Source: Flectonema sp. DT1601
Taxonomy: Eukaryota
Assembly: GCA_964019425.1 (NCBI GenBank)
Contig: OZ025793.1
Location: forward strand, 744,001-808,000
Direction: 5' to 3'
Length of the DNA stretch: 64,000 nucleotides
The notes beneath the pieces are model-generated. The model saw only the letters and a list, made by a program, of their open reading frames with translations, ran no database searches and had not been told where the DNA came from. Position numbers and translations under genes: made by a program. Positions 42,993 to 53,297 of the stretch are shown piece by piece; the stretch's first letter is position 1, and every line of letters begins with the position of its first letter.

Positions 42993-43307
42993 CTACTTCG
43001 ACATCATCATCTTGACGAACTCCTCATAGTTAATCTGGCCGTCCCCGTCGACGTCGGCCTCGCGGATCATCTCGTCCACCTCCTCGTCTGTCAGCTTCTC
43101 CCCAAGGTTGGTCATCACGTGCCTCAACTCCGCGCGGCACTAATGAATCCCTGTTTAAGTTGGTTTAGTTTCAGCCAGGTACAGCTTTTAAAGTAAAATA
43201 ACGGCCGGATACATTTCCATCTTTGTCGAACACACGGAAGGCCTCTTTGATCTCTTCTTCCGTGTCGGTGTCATGCATCTTCCTCGACATCAGTGTAAGA
43301 AACTCGG
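42993..43307 (-). pseudogene. CaM: Calmodulin 3' fragment with retained intron (43151..43212) and a 2-nt frameshift
   Basis: [82 protein letters not shown]. Extra 'cg' near 43131-43134. No N-terminal EF-hands upstream. Confidence 0.92.
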
Positions 43308-43519
43308 TTTCTTGGGTTCCTATACTGTAGATACGGTACCGTTACCCAGGTCTTCTGTTGTAAACGGTCTGTGTTGTTTCTTCGTTGTAGTTGTGGCATT
43401 TGGGTCTTCTGTCGGTATTGCCGCCCCGTTCGCTGCAGCTAAGCTCAACAGCGGTCCCATCACTGCAGACAGACCCTTTGCATAAGAGAGAAGCCCTTGT
43501 CGCCATCTGGGCATCCCTC

Positions 43520-43680
43520 CATCATGTCCAACAGGATCTTCCCAACCACATTTCCTTCTAATCCTTCTGAGGGCATTGTTTCCGTTGTATCGTACCATCT
43601 TTGCAAAAGTAATACTGCTTCCGCAGTTGCTCCAACAGCTCGTTCCCCAACTCCACAAAGCCCACTTATTCATCGAAAGT
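43520..43680 (-). mobile_element. Possible decayed gag-like ORF1 fragment of a TATE-like element
   Basis: Frameshifted minus-strand peptide GFVELGNELLEQLRKQYYFCKDG.../ALRRIRRK.GWEDPV resembles, from memory only, the helical ORF1 of kinetoplastid YR elements. Same strand as the nearby element. Confidence 0.25.
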
Positions 43681-43929
43681 GCATTGGCTGCGTCGTTGGA
43701 GATCCCGAGACACATGGCCAGTGTGCCTTGCTGTTGTTGATTCATACTTCGGAACAATGTTGTATTCTGGCTCTGCTGATCTTGTTGTTGCTGTGTGAGC
43801 TGGATTATGTTAGCTTGTTGTTGCTGTGGGTATTTTGGGAGATATGAAAAAAGTTAGAGGAATTGCTAGTTTGTTAGGTTCGGGAGCAGCTTCACGGTGA
43901 CGGCGGCCTTTGTTAAAAGTATTATAGCG

Positions 43930-45228
43930 TCAAAATAATACGTGGTGGTTGCTCTCTTCGGAAGGCATAACTTTAGACCCGTCAATCCGCGGCGGGGTCG
44001 GAGGTGTTGGTGGAGATGGCGGGGTCGGTGTTGTTGGTGGAAACTCCTCTCCATCACAAGGAATGTTAAGCATCTTATTCGGTGCTCCACGAGTGTCAGA
44101 GATAAATCCATTTCCTGCATTACTCAACAACCAGTCTGTCACGTCCCCCGATGACGCCGTAGGGTTCTGTCCGAGGAATACGGCCATCGCTCCCGCAACG
44201 TGCGGAGATGACATGGAAGTGCCCGATAAAGTCGCAGTCGCCGAATCGTGTGATGCCCCAGCAGACACGATGTTGGACCCAGGAGCGAAGATGTCGGTAC
44301 AAGACCCAAAGTTGGAAAACGATGATCGAGAATCTCTAGAAGTCGTCGAAGCAACAGTCACCGCAGAAGGTGCCGAGGCAGGGCTCTTTGAGCAGGCGTC
44401 TCCGTTATCGTTACCAGCAGACACAGCGAAGCTGACCCCAGAGCGAATAGCTGCTTCGACAGCATCATTCTCAGAGCGAGAACGGCTACCACCCAGAGAC
44501 ATGTTCACGAGTGACGGTCTACCGGTGCGACGAGCCTGCTCGACTACCCACTGAATCCCCCTAATGATACCCGCTGTCGTACCTCGTCCATTATCTCCGA
44601 GTACCTTAACTGCGATGACGTTCGCCCGCTTCGCCACTCCGTACGTCTTCCCAGCCACAGTCCCAGCAACGTGGGTTCCATGGCCTTGGCGGTCTGAATT
44701 CGATGAACCACTCACAAAGTTTTCTCCCCAGGTGCACCTTTCCCCATCAAATTCGTCGTGCGAGCAGCGAATCCCCGTGTCCAGTATGTACGCATCAACT
44801 CCCTCGCCCCACCTCGCGTTGTGCGAGAACGTTGACCCAACATCGCTCGCACGCTCAACAGTTACTCGCTTCTGTCCCCACGAAACGGGTGAACGCTGGC
44901 TGTTTGGACACGTTTCCTGAGTAATGCGAGCGATCTGAACAGGCTCATAGTACTCTACAATACCTTTGTCACCCTTCGCAATCTCACTATCAGCCCATGC
45001 CTTCAATGAGTCGTCGAGTTCTGATTCAACCGCTTCAAAGGTCTCTCCGATTTGGCACAGCCGACCTCCTTGCTGTGAGGACATAATTTTGTCATTCGCT
45101 GCACTTCTTTTGATACCGTTTCGGTACTTTACGATGTACTTGCCCTGAACGATATCTCCATCTGCTTGAACTCCCTGAGAGTTCGCTAATGAAAGGACGT
45201 ATCCAACTAGAAATATCGAAGTCTTCAT
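43930..45228 (-). CDS. Subtilisin S8A (proteinase K-like), type A, C-terminally truncated terminal copy (432 aa)
   Basis: Signal peptide, I9-like propeptide (YIVKYR), ILDTG / HGTHVAG / GTSMSSPHVAG. Similarity to other copies stops at ~43993 in the Pro/Thr linker. Confidence 0.85.
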   Translation of the reverse strand: MKTSIFLVGYVLSLANSQGVQADGDIVQGKYIVKYRNGIKRSAANDKIMSSQQGGRLCQIGETFEAVESELDDSLKAWADSEIAKGDKGIVEYYEPVQIARITQETCPNSQRSPVSWGQKRVTVERASDVGSTFSHNARWGEGVDAYILDTGIRCSHDEFDGERCTWGENFVSGSSNSDRQGHGTHVAGTVAGKTYGVAKRANVIAVKVLGDNGRGTTAGIIRGIQWVVEQARRTGRPSLVNMSLGGSRSRSENDAVEAAIRSGVSFAVSAGNDNGDACSKSPASAPSAVTVASTTSRDSRSSFSNFGSCTDIFAPGSNIVSAGASHDSATATLSGTSMSSPHVAGAMAVFLGQNPTASSGDVTDWLLSNAGNGFISDTRGAPNKMLNIPCDGEEFPPTTPTPPSPPTPPTPPRIDGSKVMPSEESNHHVLF

Positions 45229-45243
45229 TTTGAATTCGGGAAA

Positions 45244-45275
45244 CTGAATTATTTAAATATATTAACCAAATTACA
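45244..45275 (-). promoter_or_regulatory. Candidate (trans-)splice acceptor upstream of subtilisin ATG (repeated before each copy)
   Basis: Minus strand AT-rich tract ...taaataattcAG|tttcccgaattcaaaATG. Confidence 0.35.
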
Positions 45276-45909
45276 TTCAAAATGAAACACAATACGGAGA
45301 AGAGATCACTCGTCGCTCGTCAAACGTAAAAAGCTGCGTCGCCTATATGAAGATTTATCTACCAGTTAAGGGATCACACAGAGAGTGCAACACACACAAA
45401 GGAGGTGAAAAAAAAGTCTGTTTTAGCCACCCCTCCATGATAGTTACCAATAATATATAACAAAGAGAGAGGAAGAAAATTAAATTTTTTTATATGTAGA
45501 ATCCGTTGTTTGCAAACATCACGGCAACATGAGCAAACAAAAACGTATTGGATGTGTAACAACACGGTACTGACACACCCGAATATTGCAATAGAGAGAG
45601 ACAGAGGGAGGGGAAATAGCGCTGAGGGTGGCAACAATTGCACCGCCTCTTCTTTCCATTTCATCGGCACCACGCCTGTTCAGCTGTCGCATGGGGAGTG
45701 TAGTGGGCCATACGGCACCATAAGTTAATATAAATAAAGTGGAAGAAACGAGAGTGGCAGGGAAGAGGAAAGTCAAATTATTTTGAACATGACTAAATGA
45801 AAGTACATGTACTTTATAAACATATTATCAACGCGATGAACAACGAAGGAGTTTCCTTTCTTTTTAAAACGGAAAGAAGCAAAGAAGGAATAAACAAACT
45901 GACACCCCA

Positions 45910-47628
45910 CTAGCACTGACAACCTTCACAGTCGCAACCATATCTGCCTTCAAGGACACTACATTGGTAACCACGTGAGACCCAATAGTCACAGCTGCGT
46001 CTTGAGCATCCCCTGCTGTTGCGACATCTTCCCGAAGAAGCAGGTGCCCGAGTCGGTGGCGAAGGAGCCGATGAGCAAGAATTGCATCCACTGCAATCAC
46101 AACGACTTAAACTACCGCAACCATACCCCCTCCCATTCCAGTAGTCACAACTCCTTCCGTAACAACCACTTGTGTCAGTACATCCACGTGCTGGAGGCGC
46201 AGGTCGGGATGGTGGCGACGGAGCATTTCTCCCACAATTCGAACACCCCGTGCAATCACAGCGGGTCAAACTGCTGCAACCGTACCCTCTTGAGACCCAG
46301 TAGTCGCAACTCCTTCCAAAGCAACCGGTCTGATCAGCACATCCCGAAGGAGGGGACGGTGGTGTTGGTGGAGATGGCCTGGTTGGTGGAGATGGCGGAG
46401 ATGGCCTAGTTGGTGGAGATGGCGGGGTCGGTGGTGTCGGTGGAGAGCTTCCATCACAAGGAATGTTAAGCATCTTATTCGGTGCCCCACGAGGGTCAGA
46501 GATAAATCCATTTCCTGCATTACTCAACAACCAGTTTGTCACGTCCCCCGATGACGCTGAAGGGTTCTGTCCGAGGAATACGGCCATCGCTCCCGCAACG
46601 TGCGGAGATGACATGGAAGTGCCCGATAAAGTCGCAGTCGCCGAATCGCTTGATGCCCCAGCAGACACGATGCTGGACCCAGGAGCGAAGATGTCGGTAC
46701 AAGACCCAAAGTTGGAAAACGATGATCGAGAATCTCTAGAAGTCGTCGAAGCAACAGTCACCGCAGAAGGTGCCGAGGCAGGGCTCTTTGAGCAGGCGTC
46801 TCCGTTATCGTTACCAGCAGACACAGCGAAGCTGACCCCAGAGCGAATAGCTGCTTCGACAGCATCATTCTCAGACTGAGAACGGCTACCACCCAGAGAC
46901 ATGTTCACGAGTGACGGTCTACCGGTGCGACGAGCCTGCTCGACTACCCACTGAATCCCCCTAATGATACCCGCTGTCGTACCTCGTCCATCATCTCCGA
47001 GTACCTTAACTGCGATGACGTTCGCCCGCTTCGCCACTCCGTACGTCTTCCCAGCCACAGTCCCAGCAACGTGGGTTCCATGGCCTTGGAGGTCTGAATT
47101 CGATGAACCACTCACAAAGTTTTCTCCCCAGGTGCACCTTCCTCCATCAAATTCGCCGTGCGAGCAGCGAATCCCCGTGTCCAGTATGTACGCATCGACT
47201 CCCTCGCCCCACCTCGCGTTGTGTAAGTATGTTGACCCAACATCGCTCGCACGCTCAACAGTTACTCGCTTCTGTCCCCACGAAACGGGTGAACGCTGGC
47301 TGTTTGGACACGTTTCCTGAGTAATGCGAGCGATCCGAACAGGCTCATAGTACTCTACAATACCTTTGTCACCCTTCGCAATCTCACTATCAGCCCATGC
47401 CTTCAATGAGTCGTCGAGTTCTGATTCAACCGCTTCAAAGGTCTCTCCGATTTGGCACAGCCGACCTCCTTGCTGTGAGGACATAATTTTGTCATTCGCT
47501 GCACTTCTTTTGATACCGTTTCGGTACTTTACGATGTACTTGCCCTGAACGATATCTTCATCTGCTTGAACTGCCTGAGAGTTCGCTAATGAAAGGACGT
47601 ATCCAACTAGAAATATCGAAGTCTTCAT
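45910..47628 (-). CDS. Secreted subtilisin S8A with 3 C-terminal Cys-rich repeats, type B (572 aa)
   Basis: Intact D/H/S triad motifs, AGN oxyanion motif, Pro/Ser/Thr linker, CDYW...CDC.GC repeats. Confidence 0.93.
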   Translation of the reverse strand: MKTSIFLVGYVLSLANSQAVQADEDIVQGKYIVKYRNGIKRSAANDKIMSSQQGGRLCQIGETFEAVESELDDSLKAWADSEIAKGDKGIVEYYEPVRIARITQETCPNSQRSPVSWGQKRVTVERASDVGSTYLHNARWGEGVDAYILDTGIRCSHGEFDGGRCTWGENFVSGSSNSDLQGHGTHVAGTVAGKTYGVAKRANVIAVKVLGDDGRGTTAGIIRGIQWVVEQARRTGRPSLVNMSLGGSRSQSENDAVEAAIRSGVSFAVSAGNDNGDACSKSPASAPSAVTVASTTSRDSRSSFSNFGSCTDIFAPGSSIVSAGASSDSATATLSGTSMSSPHVAGAMAVFLGQNPSASSGDVTNWLLSNAGNGFISDPRGAPNKMLNIPCDGSSPPTPPTPPSPPTRPSPPSPPTRPSPPTPPSPPSGCADQTGCFGRSCDYWVSRGYGCSSLTRCDCTGCSNCGRNAPSPPSRPAPPARGCTDTSGCYGRSCDYWNGRGYGCGSLSRCDCSGCNSCSSAPSPPTRAPASSGRCRNSRGCSRRSCDYWVSRGYQCSVLEGRYGCDCEGCQC

Positions 47629-49067
47629 TTTGAATTCGGGAAACTGAATTATTTAAATATATTAACAAAATTACATTCAAAATGAAACACAATACGGAGA
47701 AGAGATCACTCGTCGCTCGTCAAACGTAAAAAGCTGCGTCGTCTATCCGAACCGGAATCGGTACGAAAGCAGCAGGAAAAGACAAAAAAATAAGATTATC
47801 ATCAAAGAAGAGTTGTGTAGCTGCGAATTACATGCAATTGAAGTGTAGCCTCCGACCTTATTATTATTTTGTTTCCGACCCATCTGGCGAGCGACGGGTG
47901 CCGTCAATTAACAAATTTATAAAAAACAAATAACACGAAACAAATACCGCAATGCACCTGAAATGAGTCTCCCAGGTAAAAAGAAACGCGGCCATGTGTC
48001 GTCGTTGTGTTCCCTTCCCAATCGAGAGACACGGAGAAGGGAAAAGCAAAGAGTTATCATCCGTTGAATTACTAACAACATTATATTTATCGAAAAATAG
48101 AACAAGAATGATGTGAAATAAGAAATTACGATCGGGAGCAATGTTGTAGCTCCCGATGTAACAACCAAGTTGGTTACTGTCAAAGCTTCAATCGTACGTT
48201 GAAAGGACAGAGGGAGAGCAAGAAAAAGAAAAACAAAGCAATCGTTAATGTAAATCAATTTGGAGAGCATGCTCCAACCGGATGAACACAACGCGGATAC
48301 AAAATGAAAGAATCATTCCATCCTTGCTCAAAAAGAAATCACTTAGACCGCGAGTACAAAAGGGTGGAAAACGAATACTCGTCAGAGACGAATGGTTCAG
48401 CTCAGAGAGAGGAAACAAACAAGGAAATCGTATCATTTTTCCTGCGAGCAAATTTCAGTGTCCGAGACATTTTCAAAATCACTGCAGGAAGACACACAAA
48501 CAACACGCGAATCACAATAGAGATTAACAACACAACCGCCAAATCACATTAATTATCAACCAGTTAAGGGATCACAATGAGAGAGCAACACACACAAAGG
48601 AGGTGAAAAAAAGTCTGTTTTAGCCACCCCTCCATGATAGTTACCAATAATATATAACAAAGAGAGAGGAAGAAAATTAATTTAAAACCCGTTGTTTGCA
48701 AACACCACGGCAACATGAGCAAACAAAAACGTATTGGATGTGTAACAACACGGTACTGACACACCCGAATATTGCAATAGAGAGAGACAGAGGGAGGGGA
48801 AATAGCGCTGAGGGTGGCAACAATAATTGCACCGCCTTCTGCAGCATGGGGAGTGTGGTGGGCCATTCGGCACCATAAGTTAACATAAATAAAGTGGAAG
48901 AAGCAAGCAAGAGTGAGAGGGAAAAGGAAAGTCAAATTATTTTGTGGAAATCAGAACATGACTAAATGAAAGTACATGTACTTTATAAACATATCAACGA
49001 ATGAAGGAGTTTCCTTTCTTTTTATAACGGACAGAAGTAAAGAAGGAATAAACAAACTGACACCCCA

Positions 49068-50897
49068 CTAGCACTGACAACCTTCACAGTCGCAACCATA
49101 TGTGCCTTCAAGGACACTACATTGGTAACCACGTGAGACCCAATAGTCACAGCTGCGTCTTGAGCATCCCCTGCTGTTGCTACATCCTCCCGAAGAGGCA
49201 GGTGCCTGCGTCGATGGCGAAGAGGCAGGTGGCGAAGGAGCCGATGAGCAAGCATTGCATCCACTGCAATCACAACGACTTAAACTACCGCAACCATACC
49301 CTTTCTCATTCCAGTAGTCACAACTCCTTCCGTAACAATTACTTGTGTCAACACATCCCTGTGCTGGAGTTGACGCCGCAGGTTGGGATGTCGGCGCCGG
49401 AGCACTTCCACAATTGGAACACCCCGTGCAATCACAACGACTTAAACTGCTGCAACCGCACCCTCTTGAGAACCAGTAGTCGCAACTCTCTCCATAGCAA
49501 CCGCTTTGATCAGCACATCCCGTAGGAGGGGTCGGCGGTGTTGGTGGAGACGTCGGGGCCGGCGGTGTTGGCGTTGTTGGCGGGGTCGGTGGTGTTGGTG
49601 GAGACGTCGGGGCCGGCGGTGTTGGCGTTGTTGGCGGGGTCGGTGTTCTTGGTGGAGATGTCGGGGTCGGAGGTGTTGGTGGAGATGGCGGGGTCGGTGT
49701 TGTTGGTGGAAACTCCTCTCCATCACAAGGAATGTTAAGCATCTTATTCGGTGCTCCACGAGTGTCAGAGATAAATCCATTTCCTGCATTACTCAACAAC
49801 CAGTCTGTCACGTCCCCCGATGACGCCGTAGGGTTCTGTCCGAGGAATACGGCCATCGCTCCCGCAACGTGCGGAGATGACATGGAAGTGCCCGATAAAG
49901 TCGCAGTCGCCGAATCGTGTGATGCCCCAGCAGACACGATGTTGGACCCAGGAGCGAAGATGTCGGTACAAGACCCAAAGTTGGAAAACGATGATCGAGA
50001 ATCTCTAGAAGTCGTCGAAGCAACAGTCACCGCAGAAGGTGCCGAGGCAGGGCTCTTTGAGCAGGCGTCTCCGTTATCGTTACCAGCAGACACAGCGAAG
50101 CTGACCCCAGAGCGAATAGCTGCTTCGACAGCATCATTCTCAGAGCGAGAACGGCTACCACCCAGAGACATGTTCACGAGTGACGGTCTACCGGTGCGAC
50201 GAGCCTGCTCGACTACCCACTGAATCCCCCTAATGATACCCGCTGTCGTACCTCGTCCATTATCTCCGAGTACCTTAACTGCGATGACGTTCGCCCGCTT
50301 CGCCACTCCGTACGTCTTCCCAGCCACAGTCCCAGCAACGTGGGTTCCATGGCCTTGGCGGTCTGAATTCGATGAACCACTCACAAAGTTTTCTCCCCAG
50401 GTGCACCTTTCCCCATCAAACTCGTCGTGCGAGCAGCGAATCCCCGTGTCCAGTATGTACGCATCAACTCCCTCGCCCCACCTCGCGTTGTGCGAGAACG
50501 TTGACCCAACATCGCTCGCACGCTCAACAGTTACTCGCTTCTGTCCCCACGAAACGGGTGAACGCTGGCTGTTTGGACACGTTTCCTGAGTAATGCGAGC
50601 GATCTGAACAGGCTCATAGTACTCTACAATACCTTTGTCACCCTTCGCAATCTCACTATCAGCCCATGCCTTCAATGAGTCGTCGAGTTCTGATTCAACC
50701 GCTTCAAAGGTCTCTCCGATTTGGCACAGCCGACCTCCTTGCTGTGAGGACATAATTTTGTCATTCGCTGCACTTCTTTTGATACCGTTTCGGTACTTTA
50801 CGATGTACTTGCCCTGAACGATATCTCCATCTGCTTGAACTCCCTGAGAGTTCGCTAATGAAAGGACGTATCCAACTAGAAATATCGAAGTCTTCAT
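49068..50897 (-). CDS. Secreted subtilisin S8A with Cys-rich repeats, type A (609 aa)
   Basis: Same motifs; longer PT linker. Confidence 0.93.
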   Translation of the reverse strand: MKTSIFLVGYVLSLANSQGVQADGDIVQGKYIVKYRNGIKRSAANDKIMSSQQGGRLCQIGETFEAVESELDDSLKAWADSEIAKGDKGIVEYYEPVQIARITQETCPNSQRSPVSWGQKRVTVERASDVGSTFSHNARWGEGVDAYILDTGIRCSHDEFDGERCTWGENFVSGSSNSDRQGHGTHVAGTVAGKTYGVAKRANVIAVKVLGDNGRGTTAGIIRGIQWVVEQARRTGRPSLVNMSLGGSRSRSENDAVEAAIRSGVSFAVSAGNDNGDACSKSPASAPSAVTVASTTSRDSRSSFSNFGSCTDIFAPGSNIVSAGASHDSATATLSGTSMSSPHVAGAMAVFLGQNPTASSGDVTDWLLSNAGNGFISDTRGAPNKMLNIPCDGEEFPPTTPTPPSPPTPPTPTSPPRTPTPPTTPTPPAPTSPPTPPTPPTTPTPPAPTSPPTPPTPPTGCADQSGCYGESCDYWFSRGCGCSSLSRCDCTGCSNCGSAPAPTSQPAASTPAQGCVDTSNCYGRSCDYWNEKGYGCGSLSRCDCSGCNACSSAPSPPASSPSTQAPASSGGCSNSRGCSRRSCDYWVSRGYQCSVLEGTYGCDCEGCQC

Positions 50898-51578
50898 TTT
50901 GAATTCGGGAAACTGAATTATTTAAATATATTAACCAAATTACATTCAAAATGAAACACAATACGGAGAAGAGATCACTCGTCGCTCGTCAAACGTAAAA
51001 AGCTGCGTCGCCTATATGAAGATTTATCTACCAGTTAAGGGATCACACAGAGAGTGCAACACACACAAAGGAGGTGAAAAAAAAGTCTGTTTTAGCCACC
51101 CCTCCATGATAGTTACCAATAATATATAACAAAGAGAGAGGAAGAAAATTAAATTTTTTTATATGTAGAATCCGTTGTTTGCAAACATCACGGCAACATG
51201 AGCAAACAAAAACGTATTGGATGTGTAACAACACGGTACTGACACACCCGAATATTGCAATAGAGAGAGACAGAGGGAGGGGAAATAGCGCTGAGGGTGG
51301 CAACAATTGCACCGCCTCTTCTTTCCATTTCATCGGCACCACGCCTGTTCAGCTGTCGCATGGGGAGTGTAGTGGGCCATACGGCACCATAAGTTAATAT
51401 AAATAAAGTGGAAGAAACGAGAGTGGCAGGGAAGAGGAAAGTCAAATTATTTTGAACATGACTAAATGAAAGTACATGTACTTTATAAACATATTATCAA
51501 CGCGATGAACAACGAAGGAGTTTCCTTTCTTTTTAAAACGGAAAGAAGCAAAGAAGGAATAAACAAACTGACACCCCA

Positions 51579-53297
51579 CTAGCACTGACAACCTTCACAG
51601 TCGCAACCATATCTGCCTTCAAGGACACTACATTGGTAACCACGTGAGACCCAATAGTCACAGCTGCGTCTTGAGCATCCCCTGCTGTTGCGACATCTTC
51701 CCGAAGAAGCAGGTGCCCGAGTCGGTGGCGAAGGAGCCGATGAGCAAGAATTGCATCCACTGCAATCACAACGACTTAAACTACCGCAACCATACCCCCT
51801 CCCATTCCAGTAGTCACAACTCCTTCCGTAACAACCACTTGTGTCAGTACATCCACGTGCTGGAGGCGCAGGTCGGGATGGTGGCGACGGAGCATTTCTC
51901 CCACAATTCGAACACCCCGTGCAATCACAGCGGGTCAAACTGCTGCAACCGTACCCTCTTGAGACCCAGTAGTCGCAACTCCTTCCAAAGCAACCGGTCT
52001 GATCAGCACATCCCGAAGGAGGGGACGGTGGTGTTGGTGGAGATGGCCTGGTTGGTGGAGATGGCGGAGATGGCCTAGTTGGTGGAGATGGCGGGGTCGG
52101 TGGTGTCGGTGGAGAGCTTCCATCACAAGGAATGTTAAGCATCTTATTCGGTGCCCCACGAGGGTCAGAGATAAATCCATTTCCTGCATTACTCAACAAC
52201 CAGTTTGTCACGTCCCCCGATGACGCTGAAGGGTTCTGTCCGAGGAATACGGCCATCGCTCCCGCAACGTGCGGAGATGACATGGAAGTGCCCGATAAAG
52301 TCGCAGTCGCCGAATCGCTTGATGCCCCAGCAGACACGATGCTGGACCCAGGAGCGAAGATGTCGGTACAAGACCCAAAGTTGGAAAACGATGATCGAGA
52401 ATCTCTAGAAGTCGTCGAAGCAACAGTCACCGCAGAAGGTGCCGAGGCAGGGCTCTTTGAGCAGGCGTCTCCGTTATCGTTACCAGCAGACACAGCGAAG
52501 CTGACCCCAGAGCGAATAGCTGCTTCGACAGCATCATTCTCAGACTGAGAACGGCTACCACCCAGAGACATGTTCACGAGTGACGGTCTACCGGTGCGAC
52601 GAGCCTGCTCGACTACCCACTGAATCCCCCTAATGATACCCGCTGTCGTACCTCGTCCATCATCTCCGAGTACCTTAACTGCGATGACGTTCGCCCGCTT
52701 CGCCACTCCGTACGTCTTCCCAGCCACAGTCCCAGCAACGTGGGTTCCATGGCCTTGGAGGTCTGAATTCGATGAACCACTCACAAAGTTTTCTCCCCAG
52801 GTGCACCTTCCTCCATCAAATTCGCCGTGCGAGCAGCGAATCCCCGTGTCCAGTATGTACGCATCGACTCCCTCGCCCCACCTCGCGTTGTGTAAGTATG
52901 TTGACCCAACATCGCTCGCACGCTCAACAGTTACTCGCTTCTGTCCCCACGAAACGGGTGAACGCTGGCTGTTTGGACACGTTTCCTGAGTAATGCGAGC
53001 GATCCGAACAGGCTCATAGTACTCTACAATACCTTTGTCACCCTTCGCAATCTCACTATCAGCCCATGCCTTCAATGAGTCGTCGAGTTCTGATTCAACC
53101 GCTTCAAAGGTCTCTCCGATTTGGCACAGCCGACCTCCTTGCTGTGAGGACATAATTTTGTCATTCGCTGCACTTCTTTTGATACCGTTTCGGTACTTTA
53201 CGATGTACTTGCCCTGAACGATATCTTCATCTGCTTGAACTGCCTGAGAGTTCGCTAATGAAAGGACGTATCCAACTAGAAATATCGAAGTCTTCAT
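51579..53297 (-). CDS. Secreted subtilisin S8A, type B (572 aa)
   Basis: Same translation as 45910..47628, +5669 bp. Confidence 0.93.
   Translation of the reverse strand: MKTSIFLVGYVLSLANSQAVQADEDIVQGKYIVKYRNGIKRSAANDKIMSSQQGGRLCQIGETFEAVESELDDSLKAWADSEIAKGDKGIVEYYEPVRIARITQETCPNSQRSPVSWGQKRVTVERASDVGSTYLHNARWGEGVDAYILDTGIRCSHGEFDGGRCTWGENFVSGSSNSDLQGHGTHVAGTVAGKTYGVAKRANVIAVKVLGDDGRGTTAGIIRGIQWVVEQARRTGRPSLVNMSLGGSRSQSENDAVEAAIRSGVSFAVSAGNDNGDACSKSPASAPSAVTVASTTSRDSRSSFSNFGSCTDIFAPGSSIVSAGASSDSATATLSGTSMSSPHVAGAMAVFLGQNPSASSGDVTNWLLSNAGNGFISDPRGAPNKMLNIPCDGSSPPTPPTPPSPPTRPSPPSPPTRPSPPTPPSPPSGCADQTGCFGRSCDYWVSRGYGCSSLTRCDCTGCSNCGRNAPSPPSRPAPPARGCTDTSGCYGRSCDYWNGRGYGCGSLSRCDCSGCNSCSSAPSPPTRAPASSGRCRNSRGCSRRSCDYWVSRGYQCSVLEGRYGCDCEGCQC

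Larger units (their letters stand above)
35008..43929. other. Convergent strand-switch region between a + strand and a - strand gene cluster
   Basis: All host genes to the left are on +, all to the right are on -. The interval contains only transposon relics, repeats and a gene fragment. Confidence 0.75.

Noticed and set aside
43320..43757. 145-aa minus-strand ORF as a real gene
   Set aside because: Non-ATG start, no recognisable domain, and better explained as frameshifted relic sequence.
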